From: Planctomycetes bacterium UBA1146
Lineage (GTDB): Bacteria; Planctomycetota; UBA8108; UBA1146
Assembly: GCA_002311345.1 (NCBI GenBank)
Contig: DCAA01000006.1
Location: forward strand, 14,532-78,531
Reading direction: 5' to 3'
DNA length: 64,000 bases
Shown piece after piece: positions 1 to 8,082 of this stretch. The notes under the pieces were generated by a model, which searched no databases, was not told the origin of the DNA, and saw nothing but the letters and a program-made list of their open reading frames with translations. The translations under genes were made by a program, and so were the position numbers. Numbering within the stretch: position 1 is the stretch's first letter; every line of letters starts with the position of its first letter.

Positions 1-634
1 CCATCTCGTTGAGGGTGGCATCTCCACTGAAAGACAGCAGCGTGCCCACCTGCGCTTTCCAGCCAAACTTGCCCACGACCAGTGGAGCGTTGAGATCTTC
101 CAGCAGCGGCACCAGGTGCGCCACACCGCCGTTGTTGATCGCCAGCAGGTCGGCATCGGGGATCGCCTCGATCAAACCGGCACCGAGCAGCGACGGAGTG
201 ATCCGTTCTGCGGTGACGGTCGCCGCCGCCGGAACCGTCTCCAGGCATTCGTCCGAGATGGCGTTGGCTTGCAGCAAAGATCCTCCGAGGAACGCCAGAG
301 GATCGAACGGTTCTCCTTTGTCTGCGGCCCCGAACCGGGTTACTGAGATGCTTCCACCACCACCGACGGGATTCGAGTGACAGGAGGCGCAGGAGTCCTG
401 ATTGAATCCAGGGCCCAGTCCATCCGCCTCGACGAAGGTTCGCAGGAACTCATCCCTGCCCGCAAAGAAACGATCCAACTGATCCGGGGTGAGACCGTCG
501 ATGGGATCCCCCATACGCGGTTGCAATTGCTGCCCCTGGAGCAGTGGAGTCACTCCCACGAGTAAGGCGACCACCAGCAGCAGGAATGTAACCATCCCGC
601 AGCGGGTGAATCGGCGAACGATGTGCGTCTTCAT
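1..634 (-). CDS. Di-heme cytochrome c / DUF1111-like thiol oxidoreductase, partial (C-terminus runs off the window). The translation starts MKTHIVRRFTRCGMVTFLLLVVALLVG, which reads as a signal peptide, and carries a CASCH heme-binding motif.
   Basis: Read manually on the minus strand: ATG at 632-634, with GGGAGATGAG as a possible RBS a few nt upstream. There is one CxxCH motif (CASCHSNP) and an N-terminal hydrophobic signal. It is absent from the ORF track because no stop codon falls inside the window. Confidence 0.6.
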   Translation of the reverse strand, partial: MKTHIVRRFTRCGMVTFLLLVVALLVGVTPLLQGQQLQPRMGDPIDGLTPDQLDRFFAGRDEFLRTFVEADGLGPGFNQDSCASCHSNPVGGGGSISVTRFGAADKGEPFDPLAFLGGSLLQANAISDECLETVPAAATVTAERITPSLLGAGLIEAIPDADLLAINNGGVAHLVPLLEDLNAPLVVGKFGWKAQVGTLLSFSGDATLNEM

Positions 635-827
635 TAGATCCGACATTTCTCATCTCCCAAATAACACCTGAGCCAGGCGGGCATTCTCGAGGGGTCCCGG
701 ACCCCAGATACTCCCCACGATGCGACAACAGCCTGACGGTCCCCCGACCGTCCGCAAGCACACCTCGCTCGATAGAACCCATATCTTTCCCCGAAAATGG
801 GGAGTCTTGTCTTCGCCGAAACAGGCA

Positions 828-859
828 CCGCCGAGGCTGGCTTGTGTCCTCCTCGGCGG
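828..859 (-). terminator. Candidate intrinsic terminator downstream of the FG-GAP gene, formed by a perfect 9-bp inverted repeat with a 14-nt loop (CCGCCGAGG...CCTCGGCGG).
   Basis: The inverted repeat lies 60-90 nt past the stop at 920. On the minus strand it is followed by TGCCTGTTTCGG, which is only weakly U-rich. Confidence 0.35.
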
Positions 860-919
860 TGTCCGTCTCTTCACAAACCACTCGGCCGGATCGATTCCGA
901 CGGAAAGTGGCGTTTTCTC

Positions 920-3472
920 TTATATGCAGCCACTCGCGCACCCGAGCGAGTCATCGGTCGGGTCCGGACCACAGTCGACCGGCGCTGGCAAGTTACCAGT
1001 CCCTCCGAAGAGAGCGCTGAGGATTGCCACGGCGTCTGCGATGTTCAGCGATCCGTCGTCGTTGGCATCTGCGGCATCGTCACAACCCACTGCAGTTCCG
1101 TTGAACAGCATCTGCAGGATCGAGACGGCGTCGCTGATGTCGAGGCTCACGTCGAGGTTCACGTCTCCCCGTTTGAACTGCGGTCCCTGACTGTTGCAGG
1201 TGGTCGTTTCCACGGTGAAATCGTCCATCCCGGCCTCACATAGTGAGTTGTTCGGCGAATCCGATGCCGTGAACCGGAACACCATATTGGCGCTCGGAGT
1301 GACGATGTCACTGACCAGGATCTCGAAGGTCTGCCAGTTCGAAGAGGTACCGAGCGCTCCTCCAACGACCAGTGCCGTGCTCCAGGTCACTCCCGCATCG
1401 GCGGAGATGGAAACGACGAAGTCGTCGAACTGGTTCGGATCGGATTCGATGTTGGCATACCAGAGGCTGAAGCTGATGATCGGCGTGGTCCCTGCCAGGT
1501 TGTAGGTAGGACTGATCAGATGCGTTGGCCCACCATCGAGATCGGCGGTACCGGCGGCTCCTCCAACCACTCCGTTACCCGTGACCCAGCACAGGGCTCC
1601 ACTGGCAGCATCTTCCGACTGGGAGGCAGTTCCACCGCTGGTGGTGCCGTTCGGATCGACCAGTACCCATGCTCCGGCGCTGACGCTGGCATCGGTCTCG
1701 ACGGTCCAACCATTGTTGCCTGCTTCGAAGTCATCGACCTCTCGATTGATTTGATCGGCGAGCACGTTGAAGAAGATCGGGCTGACTTGCGCGAGACCAC
1801 TGGTCAACTCTGCGCTGACGAACCACTGCATCGAGGCAGTGGCCAGAGTGCCATCGAGGATTCCCTCGTAGAGTCCATTGCCGATCGGTGACATCACGGT
1901 TACGACGAATGGACCTCCGTCTGCAGAGACATTAATCTCCACGCTCGGTTCCGAAACCACTCCGCCACCGAAGGCCTCGACCTGGGCGGTGACGGTCACC
2001 TGACCTTCGCACGGAACCGCATCGGGGGTTCCGGCCGGGAAACTGATATTGAGTCCGATGGGAGCCTCGTTCATCCACACCTCGGTGCCGCTGCAGGTTC
2101 CGATGACCATGTCGAGCCAGCCGTCACCATTGATGTCGAAGACGGCCACGTCATGGACACCGTTGGGCCTCCACGCCGCTCCATCATTCTCCTGGCGCAG
2201 GGTGACATTCGGACCGTTACCCAGGTTGTGGTAGATGTGCATACGACGGGCACAGCCAGAGATGTCGACATCGACGTCAGAGATGATCACATCGTTCCAG
2301 CCGTCATTGTCGAGATCTGCAATGACGGAGTTGCCGCCAAAGCCGTCGTCTCCGGTGGCGCCGGTGCCGCCAGCAAAGCTGTAGAAGAAACGACTAAAGT
2401 TCGCCAGCCCGTTGCCATCGTTTCCCGTGTTGAGCAGGAAAGAGTCGGCATTGTCATCGGTGACGACCAGGTCGTTTCTACCATCGTTGTTGAGGTCGCC
2501 GACGGTGGTGTGGTACGGCGCCATGTTGGCGAAACTCTCCTTGTGGGATGAGAATGCACCGCTTCCAGCAGGGTTGTTGTAGGAGATTCCAACGTACTGT
2601 GGCGGATTGAGCGCTGTGTCCTTGATGATATCCAGATGGCCATCGCCATTCATATCTCGGATCGAAGAGGCCATTCCAAATGCAGACTGCTGGAACGGGA
2701 ACGGACTACCGCCGACGATGATATTTCCGCTGAAGTGGGAAATGGTTTCATCGGTGAAGAAACCGTTTCCATCGTTGATCAGCAGGCGGTCGTTGAAGTC
2801 GAGGGTTTGTCCGCCTCCGCTATCATAGTCACCCAGGTAGACATCCAGGTCACCGTCACCATCGATGTCTCCTGCATCCAGTGAGCAAAAGCGAGGAGCG
2901 TGCGGTGAACCACCGTTGTTCCCCTCGAACTGGGGGATGCGTGCATCTTCATGCAGGAAACCCTGCCACTGACCGCCTGAAAGACCGAGATTGCGGTAAA
3001 CGCGTGGATAAGCGATGTGCTTCGGAGAGCCATCGGCCAGCGTGACCGCAGTGATGATGTCGAGCCAGCCATCTCCGGTGACATCGGCGAGGATCACATC
3101 ACGGTCATTGGTGGGGGTGAGGAAACCGTTATCGCCGGGGACGTCCGATGCACTTGCATACTCGGATGTCCGGTCGACGAGAACGCCGTTCTCGTTCATG
3201 AACAGCACATTGGTCCGAAATGCGCCGACGCCTCCACTGGTGAAGGGTTGTTTGCGGACCACGACCAGATCGATGTCTCCATCCTGATCGACGTCACCCC
3301 AGATGTAGTCCTTTTCAGCCGTGTCAGAGGTACTGACATTCCCAGCTGCATTGATGCGAGTGGCTGTCTCATTGTTGAACTGAACCCAGTCCGATTGAGC
3401 AGACACATGCGTCGCCAGAGCCAACCAACAGATCACGGCGGGGTAGATCCGTATAAATATCCTTCGATCCAT
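920..3472 (-). CDS. Secreted FG-GAP / ASPIC-UnbV-like 7-bladed β-propeller protein with a C-terminal dockerin-like (EF-hand pair) domain.
   Basis: 850-aa ORF. It has an N-terminal signal peptide (MDRRIFIRIYPAVICWLALATHVSA). About 7 Ca-binding DxDGDGxxD repeats are visible (GDVDQDGDIDLVV, ADVTGDGWLDIIT, GDIDGDGDLDVYLG, RDMNGDGHLDIIK, GDLNNDGRNDLVVTD, ADLDNDGWNDVIISD, FDINGDGWLDMVIG). The C-terminus has the duplicated dockerin signature DVNLDVSLDISDAVSILQMLF...DANDDGSLNIADAVAILSALF. Confidence 0.8.
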   Translation of the reverse strand: MDRRIFIRIYPAVICWLALATHVSAQSDWVQFNNETATRINAAGNVSTSDTAEKDYIWGDVDQDGDIDLVVVRKQPFTSGGVGAFRTNVLFMNENGVLVDRTSEYASASDVPGDNGFLTPTNDRDVILADVTGDGWLDIITAVTLADGSPKHIAYPRVYRNLGLSGGQWQGFLHEDARIPQFEGNNGGSPHAPRFCSLDAGDIDGDGDLDVYLGDYDSGGGQTLDFNDRLLINDGNGFFTDETISHFSGNIIVGGSPFPFQQSAFGMASSIRDMNGDGHLDIIKDTALNPPQYVGISYNNPAGSGAFSSHKESFANMAPYHTTVGDLNNDGRNDLVVTDDNADSFLLNTGNDGNGLANFSRFFYSFAGGTGATGDDGFGGNSVIADLDNDGWNDVIISDVDVDISGCARRMHIYHNLGNGPNVTLRQENDGAAWRPNGVHDVAVFDINGDGWLDMVIGTCSGTEVWMNEAPIGLNISFPAGTPDAVPCEGQVTVTAQVEAFGGGVVSEPSVEINVSADGGPFVVTVMSPIGNGLYEGILDGTLATASMQWFVSAELTSGLAQVSPIFFNVLADQINREVDDFEAGNNGWTVETDASVSAGAWVLVDPNGTTSGGTASQSEDAASGALCWVTGNGVVGGAAGTADLDGGPTHLISPTYNLAGTTPIISFSLWYANIESDPNQFDDFVVSISADAGVTWSTALVVGGALGTSSNWQTFEILVSDIVTPSANMVFRFTASDSPNNSLCEAGMDDFTVETTTCNSQGPQFKRGDVNLDVSLDISDAVSILQMLFNGTAVGCDDAADANDDGSLNIADAVAILSALFGGTGNLPAPVDCGPDPTDDSLGCASGCI

Positions 3473-3974
3473 GTCGAGGACACTCCCTTCCCATCACACG
3501 CACGAATCCCCGGCGGGGGCCGGGGTTTCCTCGAATACGTGTGTGACTGCCCCCCCGGGCAATCGAATATCCCTATTTTCTACCAGGAGCCGGAAGGCTC
3601 CCCTCCTACCTCGATTATAGTGCTGATACCCTGGGGGGGGATAGGGCAGTCAATCGCCTTCTTGCCCACAGATGACGGCAAATTTGCCCGAAACCGCCCG
3701 GGGTTGATGTCGAAGGGGTCAATTTTACAGTAGAAGTCCACGACTCAGCAACTGTGGCTGGTGGGGGAACTGGCATTGGTGTCAGTCGCGTATATTTGGC
3801 GGCATCGATGGAACTTCGATGCCGTCGGCTCCGATCGACCTGGATCAATGAGCAGGTCCGGTAGCCAGGTGAGTGTGACCGCCAGCAGGCGCTGAGGTGG
3901 TCTGGAAGTGGAAGTTGACCTCCGGGGCTCGGATCCCTAGCATCCGCTTGCTCGGGGTCGTTGAAGACGACAGA

Positions 3975-4048
3975 GGCGGCATCGCCAAGTGGTAAGGCAC
4001 GGGTTTGCAAAACCCGCATCCCCGGTTCGAATCCGGGTGCCGCCTCCA
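3975..4048 (+). tRNA. tRNA-Cys (anticodon GCA), 74 nt, with an encoded CCA end.
   Basis: Folded manually. Acceptor stem GGCGGCA/TGCCGCC; anticodon stem CGGGT/ACCCG with loop TTGCAAA (anticodon GCA); T-arm CCCGG-TTCGAAT-CCGGG; discriminator U73 (a Cys identity element); 3' CCA followed by TTTTTTGTT. Confidence 0.9.
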
Positions 4049-4084
4049 TTTTTTGTTCACGGGCACCGTGGCGCAGGAACCTCG

Positions 4085-6526
4085 CTAAGGTTGATCCTGA
4101 TCTTCTCGGAGATCACCCAGTCGAGCCGCGGCATCCCCCAGGTCTCCATTGGCCTGCTGCGGCGAGCAACTCCCGGTGTCTGGAGTCGGGTCGTCTTTGC
4201 CCTCATCGGTGCCCACGGTACGCAAAGATCTGAGCCGTTCGAGAGCGGTCTGAATTCCTTTTTGCGTTTCCTCAGTGCCACCATCGGGTGTTATTTCCTC
4301 CGGTAAATTGGCAGCGGTCTGTGCCGGAGGCGAGGAATCCGAAACCTGGACGTTACGGAGTTTCTCGGTGATCCCACCGAGGCCGGTGCGTACCACTTCA
4401 ACGCGTCGGAATTCGGTCACTGCAGACGCCGTTGCAGTCGTTTTCAGGAACGGGTGTTCCGGATCGACCTCACAAAACTCTTCTCGCAGCAGTTGAACCA
4501 GTGGATCGGATTGTTGATCGAGTTGCTGCACAATCTCCTCCAACTGGGACAGGCGATTTTCCTCCGGATCGATCAGTGCCGACAGGATCGCGCCCACCAG
4601 TTGGTTTGCATCTGGCTTGTCTGAAACAGTGCACCGTTGTCCCTCGAGCACCGAGAGCAAACTCAGTCTGAGAAGAATCGATCGTTGCTGTACAGATCCT
4701 TTTTTCGTGAGGGGCACAGAGCGTTCCAACGCGATACGACTGCTCCTATCACGCTGTAACAAGGCCTCGATCAGTTCTTGCTCTCGCGGATGGCCGCCAG
4801 GGAGTTGATCCAGGGTTTGTTCGAGGGTCGAGATCGCCGTCCGGATGTCACCTATTTGTTCTTCCAGGTGTGCACGTTGCAGTGCCACTTCGAGGTTTTC
4901 AGGTTGCAGCAGTTGACTGCGGCGGGCCGCTTCGCAGGCAGCGACCAGATCAGCCTCCTGCTGGTGGGACAGGCACTGCTGGTGTCGGGCAGTCGCTTCT
5001 CGTTCTACATCGCCAATGCGCCGCGCATTGTCGGCAATCCAACGATGCACATCGGACGGTGCTCCAGCAGCCTGAGCGAGAAACTCCAGGGCTTCTTTCG
5101 TTTCGGCGTCCAGGATACGAGGATCTCCCTGAGGTCCGACCAGGGCCTGTTGGCAGCACTGCCGTGCCGAATTGGTATCGCCACGGTGCATCGCGACCTC
5201 GGTGAGACGAAGCGACAGCAGTGGTTCGGGTTGTTCTTGCCTGGACAGGTATTCGTAGTGGGCTGCGGCTTGTTCCAGCTGGCCACATGCTCGCAACGAT
5301 TCTGCTCGACGCCAGCGCGCCTTGTGACTGCCATGAGGATCGCCAGCACTACAGGCGGCTTCCTCGTGCATCTCATGAATGCGAGGGTCAGGAATCATGG
5401 CACCGACAGAATCGAGCAACTGGCAGGCACTATCGGCCTGTTGAACATCGATGAGGGTGCGGGCCAGTTGCAGGCACAGAGCAGGATCGTCACCAGGTTC
5501 TTTTTGCCACAGTGCGATGGCTCTCTTGCGAGCTTCGGGATCTTCGGGATCGATAATCGCTATGTTCGACCACGCATCTCGGGCCGCATCGATGCGGAGT
5601 TGATCGCTGCAGCGTTGAGCATGGGCCCGAAGGCGTCGTTGGGCTTCGGCGGTTCGTCCGGTTTCTGCGCAGGTTGTGCCGATCCGGGCACCGAGGTCGA
5701 AATCATCCAGTCCCATCTCCTCAGCACGGCGCCAGCGACGCAGAGCCTGGTGTGACTGACCGTCAGCAAAAAACGTTTCTCCTGCTCGGAACAACTCCAT
5801 CGCATTCTGTGTCTCGATATGTCCCAGAGCCACCAGCTTGAGCAGGTGATCGAGTGCGTGCCATCTGTCGGGACGGGCTCCGGCGATCTCTGCGATGTCA
5901 TGAAGCCCATCGGAGGCCTCGAGCAGGGCTTTGGTCTCGGCAGCTTCATCGGGATCCTGGATCACCCTCATCGCCTGGGGAGTTGCAGCGACAACGTCTC
6001 TCAGGAGCGGCAGATCGATCACCGATTTCCAGAGGCCATGACGGCGTGCCGAGCGCAGGAATGCTTCCTCGAGAGACTGTCCCAGATCGACGCGCCCGAG
6101 CAGGCCGCTGCTGATCGGTTGTGGATGGGGCCCGGACCAGAGCGATGCACCTGCTTCCAGGACAAGCATCAGATCTCCATCGACCACCTGGCCGATCGCT
6201 TCAGCGGCGTTGTTCGTATCGAACAGTCCGGCGTCGAGACAAAGTACTCCGGGGCAGGTCTGCTGCTCGGCAGCTTGTTTCTCGAGTTGTTTTCGATCCT
6301 TGGCTCGAAGGGAATCACCATCGATGAGAGCCCGGATCAATACGCTCGGGTGCTCTGGTCGATGCAGGTCGACGAGGCGATCATCTTCGATCTGGACCAA
6401 CAACTGTGGGCTGTCGGCATCCGCGGGCTTCCATTGCCAGGTTCCGTTGCCGTGGCAAGAGACCAGATCGAGTAGCGTGCGAGCAGCATCGCCTGGCAGA
6501 TCGGCGGTTCGGATCAACTGGGGCAT
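4085..6526 (-). CDS. Large TPR/helical-repeat protein (813 aa) of unknown function.
   Basis: Long ORF rich in Ala, Leu, Arg and Glu/Gln with TPR-like helical repeats in the central and C-terminal regions. The N-terminal ~250 aa are not recognisable. It is co-oriented downstream of the HEAT/TPR and UDPGP genes. Confidence 0.5.
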   Translation of the reverse strand: MPQLIRTADLPGDAARTLLDLVSCHGNGTWQWKPADADSPQLLVQIEDDRLVDLHRPEHPSVLIRALIDGDSLRAKDRKQLEKQAAEQQTCPGVLCLDAGLFDTNNAAEAIGQVVDGDLMLVLEAGASLWSGPHPQPISSGLLGRVDLGQSLEEAFLRSARRHGLWKSVIDLPLLRDVVAATPQAMRVIQDPDEAAETKALLEASDGLHDIAEIAGARPDRWHALDHLLKLVALGHIETQNAMELFRAGETFFADGQSHQALRRWRRAEEMGLDDFDLGARIGTTCAETGRTAEAQRRLRAHAQRCSDQLRIDAARDAWSNIAIIDPEDPEARKRAIALWQKEPGDDPALCLQLARTLIDVQQADSACQLLDSVGAMIPDPRIHEMHEEAACSAGDPHGSHKARWRRAESLRACGQLEQAAAHYEYLSRQEQPEPLLSLRLTEVAMHRGDTNSARQCCQQALVGPQGDPRILDAETKEALEFLAQAAGAPSDVHRWIADNARRIGDVEREATARHQQCLSHQQEADLVAACEAARRSQLLQPENLEVALQRAHLEEQIGDIRTAISTLEQTLDQLPGGHPREQELIEALLQRDRSSRIALERSVPLTKKGSVQQRSILLRLSLLSVLEGQRCTVSDKPDANQLVGAILSALIDPEENRLSQLEEIVQQLDQQSDPLVQLLREEFCEVDPEHPFLKTTATASAVTEFRRVEVVRTGLGGITEKLRNVQVSDSSPPAQTAANLPEEITPDGGTEETQKGIQTALERLRSLRTVGTDEGKDDPTPDTGSCSPQQANGDLGDAAARLGDLREDQDQP

Positions 6527-6597
6527 CGAGTCTGTCCTGGCGGTATGCCAAGCCTTCCCGAGAAGAATAACATCCTGCCCAAAACGGGGCTGGTGGC

Positions 6598-8082
6598 TCA
6601 GGAACCCTGCATCTGCTCGATCAACTGCTCGAAGGCTCGAAGCCCCCGGAGCGACTCCAGATCGGCATCGGAGAGGGTGTGGTCGGCGTCCGAGTAGCCG
6701 TGCTTCATCGCCTGCCTGAGGGATTCAAGTGCCTTCTCAGAATCTCCCGAGAGAGCCCAGGCACAAGCGAGGTTGTAGTGGATGGAATCATCGGTTGGAT
6801 CGAGCGAAACCGCCTGCTCGAGTTCATCGATGGCTCGGTCGAGATCTCGCATCCGCATGGTGACCACTCCGAGGGCGTGATGGATCTGCGCATCGGCGGT
6901 GATGCGTCGGGCCAGTTCGTCGAGCAGCGCCAGGGCTCCTTCCAGATTTCCATCGTTGCGCAGTCTTACCGAGGCACGGAGGATTGCATCGCGGCTGGCG
7001 GCCTCGACCTGGCTGGCGCTGAACTGTCTTTGTGCCAGCAACAGTCTGGCACCGCGAGGGTCTCCCAGTAGAGAGAGCAATTCTGCACAGCGACGTCGTA
7101 CCGAAGGATCCGGGTCATCTCGGGCCAAGATGGCAAGCGTCGGGGTGACCAGTTCTCCATGGACAGCGCGCAACTGGAGCAACTGGTCGCGGCGTGTCGA
7201 CGCATCCAGTTGGTCCCAGTTTGCCACCGAGATGGAAGAGTCGAGATCAACCAGAGCCGGAATCCTCAATCGGTTGCGGATCGTCCACTCTTGACGGATT
7301 CCAGGAGGAACCGGAGACGATGGACTACTTTGACTCCATTCGAGCAGTTGCCGTCGACCCGTCTGTCCCAGATCGAGCAACCATGAGCGAGCCAGCGAGA
7401 TGCGGGATCGGTCAAAACTCTCCAGTTCTTTGATGGCAAGTTGCGCTCCTCGCTGGGCGATTTGATCCCAGCCGGGGTCTTCTCCTCGAGGCGGCAAGAG
7501 AGCGCAGAGACAGCGTAATACGGGCTCCGGGATGTCCCGGGCTGGGGGCAATTGCGGCCAACGATTCTCTACTTGCTGTCGAAGTCGCTCCCTCAGTCGC
7601 TCCCTCACGCGTACCACCAGCGAGATGGCAGTTCCTACCTGTTCATCGTGACGAGCCAGAGGGGGAGCCAGAAATAGACCACTGACGGCCAGTTTTTGCT
7701 CGACCTTCTCGACCCGGTTTCGGGCTGTTTCGCGGCCTGATTTGGCCTCATCTGATGGCTTCGGTGGTCGACGAGTTCGCTTGCGTGCCGTTGCGAAGTC
7801 GGTCACCGCGGCGTCCAGTTCTGCCAGCATCCCGGTCAGAATCGCGTCCAGTTTTCCCAACAGTATTGCCCTGCTGCGCGGCGAAACTTCACCTTCCAGG
7901 GTGACTCTCAGAGCCATCACCGAGGAGTCGTCGAGGGCCTCGAGCGACGACAGAGCCCTCGCTACGACCAGCGCATCTAAAGAGTCGAGGTCTGAAGCGA
8001 TGCGGGCAACCGGGGAATCGATGGCCCAACCGACTCCCGGTGCAATCCACAGTACTAGCATCAACAAGGTGGAGATCTTCAT
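6598..8082 (-). CDS. Secreted HEAT/TPR repeat protein. The start is placed at internal MKISTLLMLVLWIAPGVGWA, which has an ATGA overlap with the upstream gene.
   Basis: The track ORF 6598-8247 extends into the upstream CDS. The ATG at 8080-8082 gives a clean signal peptide and overlaps the UDPGP stop (revcomp TCAT at 8079-8082). There is a C-terminal TPR (AQIHHALGVVTMRMRDLDRAIDELEQAVSLDPTDDSIHYNLACAWALSGDSEKALESLRQAMKHG). Confidence 0.55.
   Translation of the reverse strand: MKISTLLMLVLWIAPGVGWAIDSPVARIASDLDSLDALVVARALSSLEALDDSSVMALRVTLEGEVSPRSRAILLGKLDAILTGMLAELDAAVTDFATARKRTRRPPKPSDEAKSGRETARNRVEKVEQKLAVSGLFLAPPLARHDEQVGTAISLVVRVRERLRERLRQQVENRWPQLPPARDIPEPVLRCLCALLPPRGEDPGWDQIAQRGAQLAIKELESFDRSRISLARSWLLDLGQTGRRQLLEWSQSSPSSPVPPGIRQEWTIRNRLRIPALVDLDSSISVANWDQLDASTRRDQLLQLRAVHGELVTPTLAILARDDPDPSVRRRCAELLSLLGDPRGARLLLAQRQFSASQVEAASRDAILRASVRLRNDGNLEGALALLDELARRITADAQIHHALGVVTMRMRDLDRAIDELEQAVSLDPTDDSIHYNLACAWALSGDSEKALESLRQAMKHGYSDADHTLSDADLESLRGLRAFEQLIEQMQGS

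Noticed and set aside
3840-3974. A possible second tRNA or long-variable-arm tRNA just upstream of tRNA-Cys (a GGGGCTCGGATCCC T-arm-like stretch).
   Set aside because: No consistent cloverleaf could be built. The putative T-loop (CTCGGAT) is non-canonical, and no matching acceptor or anticodon stems were found on either strand. A covariance-model scan is needed before calling anything.
3615-4066. Minus-strand ORFs 3615-4049 (144 aa) and 3845-4066 (73 aa) overlapping the tRNA-Cys locus.
   Set aside because: They run antisense through a well-folded tRNA gene and its promoter region, they are low-complexity and Arg/Pro rich (typical of wrong-frame high-GC ORFs), and they have no RBS. They were judged spurious.
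4049-4084. The TTTTTTGTT run plus CACGGgcaCCGTG hairpin after tRNA-Cys as a Rho-independent terminator.
   Set aside because: On the plus strand the T-run precedes the hairpin rather than following it. On the minus strand the hairpin is followed by an A-run. Neither orientation gives a canonical terminator, although the T-run directly after CCA may still aid tRNA 3' processing or termination.
4778-6475. Plus-strand ORFs 4778-5755 (325 aa), 5819-6475 (218 aa) and 6210-6719 (169 aa) antisense to the 813-aa TPR gene.
   Set aside because: They are nested antisense within a longer, co-oriented operon gene. Their composition is dominated by Arg, Gly, Ser and Pro, as expected from out-of-frame GC-rich sequence, and they have no plausible RBS or domain.
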